The translations under genes and the position numbers were made by a program. 64,000 bases of DNA, taken from Amphiscolops sp. MND2022. Its lineage: Eukaryota. Shown here one piece after another: positions 1 to 11,894 of this stretch (position 1 is the stretch's first letter; every line of letters begins with the position of its first letter). The DNA lies in contig OZ076421.1 of NCBI GenBank assembly GCA_964187785.1, forward strand, positions 35,092,001-35,156,000. The letters are read 5' to 3'. The notes under the pieces were generated by a model that was not told the DNA's origin, ran no database searches, and worked only from the letters and a program-made list of their open reading frames with translations.

Positions 1-362
1 GTCCGCCCAAGGCAAACTTTACTCCAAAGGGTCCCCCCTTTCATTTTTCTTTTTTTCAAGGAAACATACAAAACCGGACGTGCCCAAAGGGTCCCCCCTT
101 TGGATTTTTTCGGCACTGTGCGACTTTTTTTCGAAAATTTTTTAATGTCCCTAAAGGGTCCCCCCCTCTGAGTTTTTTGATATTTTGCAACGGAATGTTT
201 GTTAATAAATCCAGAAGGGTCCCCCCTTTTACATTTTTCGGCACTATGCGACTTCTTTTGAAAGAATTTTTTTTTCAAAAATTTCAATTTTTTTCCAAAA
301 AAAGTGTTTTACGCTTTTTGAGCCTTAGATATGGCGCCGACTTTAGACGTTCTCGTCTTGTT
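1..362 (+). repeat. Dispersed 'AAGGGTCCCCC' repeat family (Repeat A), copy ending in GGCGCCGACTTTAGACGTTCTCGTCTTGTT
   Basis: Tandem sub-units AAGGGTCCCCC...TTTTTCGGCACTRTGCGACTTTTT, with a conserved terminal motif at 333-362 that recurs at least 9 times in the window. Confidence 0.85.
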
Positions 363-480
363 TTCTTCAGACTACAATCCTCACACTGATCGGTCCACTT
401 CTCTTACAATTCTTACAATCTTAAAATCTTACAATTCTTACTTAGCAAATTCAAAATACTGGCGCAAAAGCTTGCGAAGT

Positions 481-787
481 AGTATTTTTACATCATCTAA
501 GAAACTCAAGGGTACGCCCTCCTTAGAGTATTTTCGGCTCTGTGAGACTTTTTTTTCGAAAAAATTTTTAATGTCTCAAAAGGGTCCCCCCTTCGAGTTT
601 TCTCATATTTTGCGACTGAATGTATGTTAATCAATCCCAAAGGGTCCCCCTTCTACATTTTTTGGCACTATGCGACTTTTTTTGAAAGAATTTTTTTTCA
701 AAAATTACATTTTTTTTCCAAAACAAAACATTTTTGCGCTTTTTGAGCCTTGGATATGGCGCCGACTTTAGACGTTCTTGTCTTGTT
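481..787 (+). repeat. Repeat A copy
   Basis: Same sub-units and the same terminus (GGCGCCGACTTTAGACGTTCTTGTCTTGTT, ending at 787). Confidence 0.85.
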
Positions 788-1575
788 GATGCTAATCCTC
801 ATAGGCTCATATACGAACTGCATAAAACAGCATATGGCATAGGCACCATCACGCGGATATTAATCATGTTGTTTTCTGATCAGAACATCTTGCTGTTTTA
901 ATGATTTATTAGCATAATATGCTGTAATCGTCTTGCGGTGATGACTACATTGCAGTAGATGTAAACAAGTAACATAGTTTTACCAATGTATTCATACGAC
1001 TAATACCATATGTCAACACTGTATCGAACGACAATATTCCTATTCGTATATCTAAAGATATTGATTGATAAACGCGTACTGTAACATGGCAAGGAATATT
1101 TTGATTAAGAACAAAAGTAGATTGTTTTCAATGTTTGAAAAAGACTTCAAACGTTTTTGACATCTGAGTCGGGGATTCACTATTGCTGAAACTATGGATA
1201 CCCTAGGATAAGTGGGGGTTGACTTCAGTGGTGTTACACACCGGTCATCTCGCACGGATAGTCCTGCGACATATGCGTTTTAGCAGATTTTCAAACTCTG
1301 CCTAAGTTGAACTAATGTTCAGTTTTAAACAGCAGGCGTGAACATCAATTATTGTAAAATTGTGAAAAGATATGACTTTTTAATGCAAACTTTGAAAGAC
1401 CAGAATGTAATACCTGAATTTCAGTATGGAGAATTTGCGCTTTGCAAAGAAGTAATATATCATTACCACTCTCATCGTTGTTTTCGCATTTAAATCACTA
1501 CTACAAAGTTTCACAACAAAACTTAGATTTTTAGTTTCTCAAGAAAACGAAAAGCAATCATTCTTTCGTACTAAC

Positions 1576-1755
1576 CTCACTGAGTGAATTTTTCCACCAC
1601 TCTTGTTCCAGACTGTTTCCCTCGTAGTCCGGTAGGAAGTCCCAGAAGCCATCCAGAGTCTGGAATTGTCGCGTCGGAGTATCCAGCACCTTCAGAATGC
1701 CACTGCATTTTTCCAGGAAAAGTAGAACAAAGAATAAATTTGATATTCCTAACAT
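1576..1755 (-). CDS. GUSB: Beta-glucuronidase (GH2), first coding exon with signal peptide
   Basis: ATG at 1755. Hydrophobic signal MLGISNLFFVLLFLEKCSG is followed by ILKVLDTPTRQFQTLDGFWDFLPDYEGNSLEQEWWKNSL, matching the GUSB N-terminus (SPSRE..LDGLWSFRAD...FEEQWY..L). Donor GAG|GTTAGT at 1575. Later exons were not found in the window. Confidence 0.72.
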
Positions 1756-4671
1756 TAATCTTTCTTCACTTCCTGGATGATTATCGCCTTTAAACTTTTC
1801 CCTTCAACTTTTGTGGAACCACTGAATCCATGGCTTATAACTTTGCTGTTTACTTTGTTCAGTTTCGTTCCTCTTTCAGCAGAAATAGTCGACAATTTGT
1901 CGACAATTTTCCCGATTTTCTGTTTATCCACTTCAATTGTCCAGAACTTCCATAATATCCATTTAGACAGATTCTAGCGGCCTATGGAATTTAGTTTTTC
2001 GCTTCAAAGGAGTTCTCGATCATTTTCTTATCGAAATGATCAAATGTCTAAAGCTAGAGATATTGAATTTTCTTCAAAATTTAGCAGACCTCTTCTAGCA
2101 AATGAACAAAGCTTTTCGTCAAAAGCATTTTTTCTTTGAACCTACTGAGTATAGAGGCTGGGTTTTTCTGTAAAAAACTAGGTAGAACTTTGATCTACTA
2201 TTTGTTCAAAAACTGTAAAAAAAAGTTCCATCTCCATAGGAAGTTACGGTTAGAACAAAGATGAAAATTGTTCATATACTCAGTCGTTAGAATAAATGAG
2301 AATATTTTAGCATTATTCAAATTACCCTAATAAAGTGCCTATCTCTGTAGGTTAAAGGAACTCTGCAAATCTTTTGGTGTAACATTCTTGCCGGAAATTT
2401 TCAGCCACATAAATTTTGTGACAAAGACGTTCCGAGTTCGTTTCAAGGTTCGGTTTGTGGAAACAATCTTAATTTGTTTTGTTACTCTGAAGATATTTTC
2501 CCACGTAAACTGATTTTGCAAAAGTATCGGCGATCTTTTATGAATTGAAGTTTTGGAGGGTTGCGAATTTCTTTAACTTTTGCGAATTTCACCAAAGATT
2601 TTTCAATATTGTGGAACTTTTATGAGGAAAAATTTCCATGGAACGAAATTTACAATATTTTAAATGTTTTCAGCTACGAACTAGCGTTTTCGAGTCTTAA
2701 TTCTGCTCCTAGGGGAATTTTTTGGACTGTGAGATTGATCCGCGTTTTCTCGATAATTGACGTAAGCATATTCAAAAGTCTCTTTTTGAGTCTGAAGTGG
2801 GCGCCGACTTAATTTGTTCACGGCTTGTTCTAGCTTGAGCTCGGATATTTTAATGTTAGGAACCGATTTTATTACAGTGTATTGAACTACGTATGCTTAC
2901 GTTTACTTATGAAAGTGGCTAGTTCACTTGTATTTAGCGCGTTTTTAGCTTTGATTGAAAACTTGCTAATATAGAAAGTAATTTAGAAAAACTAGGCACT
3001 TGTTTTTCATGTTTGATTCCATACCGGTTGGTAATTTTATTTAAAAAACGATTTCGACTTTTTTATATCAAGATACTTTTCTCAGAAAAATTGCCCTACT
3101 TAAATAAACTTTCTAGGATCTTGATGGAATATCTTTTTCAGATAATTAAATCATAGATTCAGAAAATGATCCAGAAACAAAGTTTGAAGGCGAGTAAATT
3201 TCACTTTATTCAATACAAAACTGCAAATCTCATATCATTTATATCTAGTCTGTTATCATCGGAAAACATTAACAAATATTTGAGCTCGTTAGAATTGCTA
3301 CTTTGTCGAGCTTTATCTTGACTCTCGTTTAGCCCAAACAGCATCTCAGACTAGCAAGACGCTGGGTTTCTGTAGCCGTATCTCTATCAAGTTCAGCCGT
3401 ATTTAGTGGTTATGTTTGAAGTCACAAAATATGCTCTTGACCATCATTTACCCGTTACACCATCATCGAGATTTCATAGAAAGAACAAACTTTTTGGTAT
3501 ATTGTGGCCTAGCGGGCCTGGATTTTCTATGAACTTGGATGACTCCCTGAGTGATGTTTTTGAACCTTTTCTAGTTCCAATAGGATCTCAATTGAACTTT
3601 TCCTCCAAAGATTTTTGCGTTATTTGAAAGAAACTTAACTTTTTATATAAATTTTATAATTGTTTATATGAATTAAATCAAAACAACTTCAGGAGAGGCG
3701 ATTGAAAAAGACATGATCGAATTGATGCATTTTTAGTTTCCTCAAGAGCATCAAAAATGGTATAGGGCCTTTTTCCACATTCCAATGCATGTTCATGCAT
3801 GTTTCATGCAAATCCATGCACAAATTTATATGTTCATGAATGCGGTCTCACCTACGTACGAAATGAGATTGTTTATGTAATGGAATTAAATACGTAGGTC
3901 ATCGAAAGTTTTTGAATTGGTATGAAAAGTGGCATTCTTTCGAGAGGCAAGAAAAATATCACTTTCTCAATATGAATATCAAGTCTGCAGGTTTTCGTCA
4001 ATGAATTTGTATATGAAACAAGGATTTTAGAAAGTCTGGACTTAACTTTCACCTCTAAGGAACTTCCGGACCGAACATTTTTGGCCAATTGAAGAACTTG
4101 GCGCGTGACATCATTATTTGAACAGGAACCATTCAATAATCGCCTTCTGAGAAGATGTGAAAAATACAAACAGCGTCGTTATTTTTCAGTTTTGCCTGGA
4201 TTAAGTTACTATTGTTGCTCGATGATAAGAATCTTCATATTCATCGAAGCACAGTCTAGAATGCATCTGCAATCAGGGAACTAAATTGGATTCTTTTGCG
4301 GGACTTGGTCGAAGCTTCAAAAACTCACCGAGCTAAAACAAAGCAACAATCTAGAGAACCACCAGTGAAAAAAACTAACTTTGGAAAACTTGCGAACAAA
4401 ATTTCAGTCTTCAGTTGACCAAAACATGTTCCTCAGAAGCCAATGCTAGAAGTGAAATGTGAAAATTTTAGCTAAATGTAGGACAGCGAACTTCAAAACC
4501 GGGGACTTACACATAAAGGCAAAGAAACGAGACACAGTGTAATTCTTGGTGGGTCAAAAAAGCCTCAGAAATTTACCGTTCCACTAAAAATCTGGGTCAA
4601 AGTCGAGGTAATGAATCTCTCATTAAACAAATTGATGCAAGAAACATTATGCAACTGTAGCAGGAGAGAAT

Positions 4672-5055
4672 GGGAGCATGGCGTAGTGGTTAGAGCATTC
4701 GGCCTGTACTGGGGCGGTATCAGGTTCGAATCTCTCTCAACTCACCATTGTTGGTCCTTAAGCAAGTCATTCATCCCTAGCTTAGTGGTATGGTGAATGA
4801 CAAAAAATAACGCATTTGGCGGAGAAAATCAAAACAAAAAGAGCAACGGTGAGCAGTCAGACCTTTGTGACCTTGAGCAAGTCACTTTGAAACCACAGCT
4901 TCAAGTCCACCATTACTTGACCACTTGGCTGCAAATATGGTACCATAGCTTGCTATGGGGAGATAGTATCCGAAAGGGCGCCGACTTAGAAAAACAGAAC
5001 TGCTTATTCGGCGTCCACCCCGCGGAAATGGGGAAATTAACTTCTCTTCTCTCTC
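4672..5055 (+). mobile_element. tRNA-derived SINE
   Basis: A box TGGCGTAGTGG (4679-4689), B box GGTTCGAATCT (4723-4733) and a CT-rich 3' tail. Homologous copy at 49481-49830. Confidence 0.8.
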
Positions 5056-5641
5056 TAAGATTTCAATATCAATCCAGGCTAAGCAGGTGACATTACTCGC
5101 CTACACAATAGTTAAAAAGGAAATGTGTTTCAACACCAAAAAGGAAATGCGTATGAGGGAAATGTCATCCCCCACGTGATTTAATTTTGTTGCCTTTATC
5201 AACCTTTAAAACGTCACGTTTCAACCTGCCAGCTTGTTGGAACGGCTGTAATAAGGTCTTACCCTACGAACGTTTTGCATATCTCGACCTTATTATAGTG
5301 TAGCGAGGGAACACTCTCAATCGCGAGGTGGTTAGTAGTGTTATGACACTACACCCAATAGGATTTGGTAATTTCTGATTACATTATTCTGCAAGGACGA
5401 CGTTCCTAAGGATTTATTACTTTTGGGACTGGTTTAGGTCGGGTTTTCTGTGTTCAAAAATTGCCCAGCTGCTAGCACTGCAAGGAACATTGAAAAAGAG
5501 ATAAGATCTCTCGTTCCTCCTAAGGAACAAAAAAGTGGTGCAAAGAACACGATCAAAACTAAGAGCTTTGAGCTCTAAACTTCCCTAACCATAAAGAACA
5601 TAAAAAGGAGAAATCCGTGTTCAATTAAAAGTCCCTTAAAA

Positions 5642-6500
5642 ATGACAAACGCTATAGACTACCTCGATTTAGCTCTCGCAAAATTCACCGGACTAGATTC
5701 GTCCGAAGATGCACTAACGTTTCTAAACCTCACTGAACGAAAAATTGGATTTTGCGTGGGTATACGCCACGCCACCGACGCAACCTAACAAACGTTGTAC
5801 GATCAACGTAGACGCAACCTTTTCGGATCAATTTTACGAGGACCAGCACAAGACTGGTTTGACGGATTAGCCGCACGTAAAACTTGGGATGAAATCAAAA
5901 GAGAATTTCTTAATGGTTTCACCGTTGACAATGACAAATATCTCAAACGAATTGACGCTGAGAATTTAAAAAGACAGGCTGACAAAAACATTAAAAGCTA
6001 CATATACCGAGTTGTAAAAGTTGTAGACCTAGGATGGTCCAGCTCTTCCGAGAACGAACGCAAGCAAAAATACATTGATTTCTTCCTCCGAGGTCTAGCC
6101 CCGCGAGCGCTCAAATAAAATTCCTATCAACGCAAGATAGAGCATCCGGCGGAATCTTGGGATGATATAAAGTCCCATGTGATTAACAAGAACCTGAGCT
6201 ACAGCATCAGCACCAGTATGACTGGTATTCAATCATGCCCATCGGATTCCCAATCGGGTCTAGAGGAACAAGTCAGATTATTGACCGAACAACTAAAAGA
6301 GAACAAAATTAACGCCACTTGCGACTGAAATAATCCTCCTGACAAGCAGAATTTCACTCGGTTTGCAAAAAAATGCAAACTCTCATATTGCAAAAAAATC
6401 CGGTCACACCATAAAGTTCTGTTTCAAAAAAAGGAATGACAAAAAAGTTGCAGGAAAAGAAAAGTAAAAACTGACCAGTTCAAAGAAGAATATCGCAAAC
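5642..6500 (+). pseudogene. Gypsy gag relic
   Basis: ATG at 5642 is in frame, past one stop, with ORF 5795-6118 carrying the LRGPAQDWF retrotransposon-gag motif. Confidence 0.7.
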
Positions 6501-6796
6501 GAAGTCACTCTCGAGATAGGACAGACCGCGAACGACCGGGAAGCTCCTCCTATAACGAGTCATGATATAGAAGAAATTCGTAGGATCCAACAAACGACAG
6601 ACCCCGAAATAATGAAAAACAAAATAGTTCGTACGATCGAAAAGACAGCGACCGCCGGGAAAATCCCGCTCAAACAATGAAAAGAACCGCCGAGAACGAT
6701 CTTTTGACAGAAATACCGCTCGGTACCGGAGCCCTACGCCAAACGTAAGGTTTGATCGGCGTCGAAGTCAATCTGACGAACGAGTGAACGCACTCT

Positions 6797-9300
6797 TTGA
6801 CTGTGTTAGATCCAAAAGTCCTTAAATTAGAAAAGTCTCCGGAAAATTCAAAAAACAACAAAAGGTGCCTCTTTCTTGAACTCACTCATTTCGCCGCCGG
6901 AGACCATAACAAAAACAGTGGTATCGAAGAACAATTTCTCTTGGATACTGGAGCAACGTCCTCAATCCTTAAGTACACAACGTACAGAGAAATTGGCAAA
7001 TTGCAAAACCTTGAGCTCCATGAAACAGTGTCATCAACAAAGGCTGTAAATACTAACACTCTTGATCTGTTGGGATACACTTTCATCGTTTCGTCCTTCG
7101 ACCGCGAAGGTAGCTACAAGATTAGACATAAAGTCCTGGTGTCAAGCCCGAATGGACCGAAACATAATATACTGGGGATGGATTTCATCCACCAGTTCGA
7201 GTCAAAAATAGACATAAACAACTCTATGTTCCCTCCTGAAAGCCTATCTTGGACAATGGGTTTCACTCTTATATACACGAAAAATCCTTTCCGTATGTTA
7301 GCCGCTTCCACGCAGTCCCACTCACTTCAAACGTTTCGATTGCACCAAAATCCACCCGGGTAATTTCCGTTTTGCCGTCTAAACCTCAAATAGAGATCGC
7401 AAAAGAGACAAATTTTGCATTGCAACAAAACTCTCGAAACTCTGGCGTTTTCACCTTCATTGTGCAATGTATGCATGCCAAAAAACAATTTCCCATCTTA
7501 CTAAATAATCCAAATGCCCATCAAATCACCCTGAAAAAAGGAAATCTGAGATTTATATCCCATGATCTCTCAATTCGAGGGTCGGTCTCAAAAAAATACC
7601 GAATCACAGACAAGGTCGCCTTCGTGGAATAGGTTGCAAATTGCAGCGAGGAACTGCAATCCTTTTCGAAGTTTGCCCACTGCCACAGTTAGTGGAACAA
7701 GAAAACTCAGGAGATGATTTTGACTTACTTGGACCCAAAGATGAACTTCCGACTGACTCCTCAAAGAAAGCTAAATCTCAAACCAGAGAGTAACAGCCAA
7801 GACAATTCTCTATTGTGGACCAAAGACGAAATAGCCCAAAAACTGAAACACTTTTCAAAAGAAGACCTAGAATTTCTTCTGGAATTCGATTTCTCTCAAA
7901 GTGTCCTGACAGATGATGAATTTGCGCTCCTTGCACGCATTCTTCTAGAAGACCAAGAAGTTTATTCTAAGTTCCAATACGACGTTGGACAGATTAAACA
8001 ACAGTTTCTCAAACCAGATTCTGACTTGAAACGGCAAAGACCTTCTAAAGTGCCATTACACAACCGTGACAAATCAGAAGCCTTGTTAGAACAACTCGAA
8101 AAAGAAATGGGCGGTGAAGAAGAAATGGGTTCTCATTTCATAAACCCGGTTATCCTAATACCCAAAGGAGATTAGTTGAAATTAGTTATAGATGCATGAT
8201 ATCTTAACTCAATCACGGATCTCACTCACTACTCGTGGCCCCTAGAGCCGCTGAACACCCTTCTAATAAAAATCAAAGTAAAACTCTTCTGCACAAGTGA
8301 TTTGTCATCTGCGTACAATCAAGTACCGCTGACCGAAGAAACACAGAAACTTACCAGTTTCGTGGTCGGGTCAAAACAATCCACCTTCCTCGGAGGGTTT
8401 TTTGGCCTTTGCGGTTTACAAAATTTCTTCAGCCAAATAATGACAATTCCTTTTGCGTCCCTAATCAAGAGAAAGAAAGCAATAACTTATATCGACGACA
8501 CGCTGATGCAAGCAGAAACAAAATCGGAATTATTCGATATCATTAGAGAATACCACACTCTGCGTCGCTCCTCCGGGTTAAAGGCAGCCCCAGACAAAAC
8601 AAAACTCTTCCTACGGAATGTCCAGTTTCTAGGACATGTCGTTTCCGGTGACGGAATTCAACCGGTTGCAAAGCGTGTAGAAAAACTGAAAACCCTAAAG
8701 TCTCCCGAGAACAAAAGAGACGTGATGCGCGTACTCGGATGCCTTGGGTTCTACAGCAGTTACATCAAAAACCTCCACGTTGATTGTAAATCCTTCTTCG
8801 ACCTCATTAGAGACGACACGCCGTTTGAGTGTGCCCCGAACACGAGGCATTGTTCAAGGCAATCAAAGAGAGAATTTCGAAGGACAGGATCCTCGCAATA
8901 CCGAACGAAATATACCCGTTTCATATCCATGTTGACTCCCAAAGCGTTGGTACTGGCTCAATCCTGGTCCAACAGTTCCCTGAAGGGAACAGAATTGTTT
9001 CCTTAAATTAAATGATCTTCAATAAGAGCGAACAAAAAATGTCGACAATTCACCACGAACTCTCCGTAATCGTCTCAGCGCTTCAAAAGTATGAGCACTT
9101 CATCATTGGATCACCATATCCAATATTCATCTTTTGCGACCACAAACCGATTCCTGATTCTCAACCTTTGGGCACGAAAAGGAGAATTTTCGCATCGGTT
9201 TTTCCGATACCAGTTGATAATCACACAATTTCAAAATTTGAAAATTATTTGGACGCAAGGAAAAAACCTTGCGTTCCCAGATATCCTCAGTAGAAACTTG
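6797..9300 (+). pseudogene. Gypsy pol relic: aspartic protease, RT, RNase H
   Basis: FLLDTGATSSIL (protease), DLSSAYNQ and YIDD (RT), HVDS...CDHKPI...DILSRN (RNase H), spread over several frames. Confidence 0.9.
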
Positions 9301-10539
9301 ACCATCGAGGACGTCAATACACAACAACAAAAACATAAACATATCCCACGGCATATCAAATTCTACGATCCCCAAGGGAAGGAAATACGATATTTCATTG
9401 ATCATGACACACCCAGCGACGGGAATGCAAAAGACTTTCTCCAAATAGTTTGCCATAGGAATATTGAAACAACAACTCTGAACCTGAAAAACAACGAAAC
9501 TGACATCTCCGTTACACCATATCGGAAAAAAGAGTGCATTCAATCACTGAGATAAAGGAAAAGTTCCTCCAAGGCAAACACATAAACCAGTACCGCAAAA
9601 TGAGCTTCAACGATGTCGAAGACTCTGAATCCTTTCACCATTCTTCCGGAATTGAAAACGAAGTGGCTTATGAAGTCGAACATAATGAAAGAAGTAGTAT
9701 TGAAGACGAACAAATGAAAGACGAGAAATTACCTCCTGAAGCTGACATCGACATTATCAACTAAATACAAACAGCACGAACTGCGTTCAGGAAGAGACCA
9801 CCTTCAGAGAATTGCCTCTTTGAGCAAGTACCTGAAGACAAAGAATTAACAATCGAAAACCTCCTACAAAATCAATCTGTTTCTTCAAAAGTAGCAAACC
9901 TGAATCTCTCACTGATAGTTGAAGAGCAAAGACGAGATCCTGTGCTCAAAATTGTTAGAACATGGGTGAACCAAAACGTCGAACCTACAAAAAAACCATG
10001 AAATTCGCCAGAATCGAGCCTTACAGTCAAACTTCAATCACATTGAAGACCTCATCATTGATACAAACACTGACATCCTGTGTTTCATTGAGAAAAGTAT
10101 TGGAACCGATACGACCCACAATACGACAGCAAACTACAGTACATCCATGAGACATACGAAATGGTATTCGGATCAAAACCACAAAAACCTCTCTCCCTCA
10201 AACTAAGGCTCTTGCGCAACCTCGATTTGACATGTTCATCACAATTCTGTGAAAGTCTACCACAACATACTCACTCAACCCGAGACTCCGAGAACAAAAC
10301 CATCGCTCTCCTCCTACTGCCTCCAGTAGGCAGTGACCTTCTCACTAGAGAAAACATCTTCAAAAAAATCTACTGCGATGCCTACCAAAAATCCCTCGAA
10401 ACAACTTCTAGATCTCATAAACACCGGAACCGATTTAAACTCGCTAAACCACTCAAGGCCCATCAAAAAGTCCCACTTGAAAACCACAGTGTACCTTGAT
10501 GAACGCTTTCAACACTCCAATCCACGGGGTCATTGCATA

Positions 10540-11210
10540 AAAGCTTCGAAAGTTGGCAAAAAAGACGTTTTTCGTCATTTTCGGTGCCAATTTGGGACAG
10601 TTTTTGTTTAAAAACTGCAACAAACTCTTCGGAAATGCCTACTGGACAACCAATTCTTTCCTTGTTGAACCCTTGTTAACATTCCAATCCATGAAGTCTG
10701 TCGAAAATATGACTAAAAATTGCATAGAAACTCTGAAAAATTTGGATTTTTGTCAATTTGTCAATTTTTTGGGGTCAATTTAAGATCTTTTTAATTTGGG
10801 AAACAACCATTATCTTTTCCGAAAAGCTGACTGGACAACGAATTTGTGCCATGCTGAGCGTTTTCAACTTTCTAATCCACGAAGTCTATTGAAAAATTGA
10901 CAAAAATCGCAAAAAAACTTCAAAAATAGGGCCATCTTTGGTTTTTCTATCAATTTCGGTGTCAATTTGAGATCTTTTTCATTTGAATAACAGCCATTCA
11001 ATTCTTTTAAATTATTTCTTCAAAGAAGACTATTGGTCAACGAATTCGTGCCATGTTGAGCGTTTCCAACATTCTGTTCTACGAAATCTATCGAAGAATT
11101 GTCAAAAACTTCTTTAATACGTGAAAAATTATGATATTCTTGCAAATTTTGTCATTTTTGGGGTCATTTTTGGGTTATTCTGGATTCCTTGGGATCAACC
11201 AAAAAGTTGA
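10540..11210. repeat. Degenerate tandem repeat, about 190-200 bp period (3 units)
   Basis: Unit GGWCAACSAATT...AAGTCT.TCGAAAA..TGACAAAAA recurs near 10642, 10831 and 11033. Confidence 0.6.
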
Positions 11211-11894
11211 GAAATTTCCACAATTACATATCGCACGAAGCTAAATTTATGTGAGTTTAATGCCGTGGGTTTGATGTTTGATTCAAATATTTTCCTTTCC
11301 CCTAAGGAATTTGGGCGGGAAAAAATTCGAAAATCACGAAATCGATGCTGCCAAAAGCTAAAATCTATCATTGCAATAGTCTCTACCTGAAATCCATTAA
11401 TTTCACTATCATCAAAGCAGTAAATTCAATTGAATGCAAAATTATTCATGCTTTGTCTGAAGACTAGCGGGAAATGTTAAACTTGTTAAACTTGAATACT
11501 TCTTGTCTCAAACGGACCCAAGTATCTGAAGCATCAAAGCATCTCAGTCTTACATTTTGCTCCCTCCTTAATAGCGACTCAATTTTCACAAAAAATAATG
11601 AATTGGGCAAGAATTACACTTAGAAGTGCAATAGGGCAAGTATGCGACAAGTTTGCAACAAAATTGGCTGGAACTCCACAGCAAACCACCGATGGGCAGT
11701 CAATTGCATTTCTATCGGTAATCACCAGGGATGAAAACCGCATGGCCGTATACTGCGTGCCGTTCTCTGATTGGCCAGTAACATGCTGTATAATACAGCA
11801 AACTACAGTATGATTTGTTGACACATAACACTGTCCATTTCAGATTTGTGTTCATTCCACAAATGTTAGCTTTTATTAAGTATTACAAAAGTGG

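Larger units (their letters stand above)
5247..10500 (+). mobile_element. Decayed Ty3/Gypsy LTR retrotransposon (integrase core deleted, no 3' LTR found)
   Basis: Domain order gag - protease - RT - RNase H - integrase remnant, with many stops and frameshifts. Left boundary uncertain. Confidence 0.9.

Noticed and set aside
56-630. ORFs within Repeat A (also 13636-14349, 47680-48029, 59574-59828, 62878-63186)
   Set aside because: They are translations of a non-coding repeat; frames and stops are not conserved between copies.
1-787. CRISPR-like array suggested by recurring AAGGGTCCCCC units
   Set aside because: The context is eukaryotic, the inter-unit sequence is itself repeated rather than unique, spacing is irregular and there are no cas genes.
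3240-3620. Weak resemblance (KYLLMFSDD) to a Maverick/Polinton ATPase
   Set aside because: There are many stops, only a few matching residues and no other Polinton genes nearby.
4672-4745. Functional tRNA gene (also 49481-49550)
   Set aside because: A and B boxes are present, but I could not fold a cloverleaf and the sequence continues into a shared SINE body.
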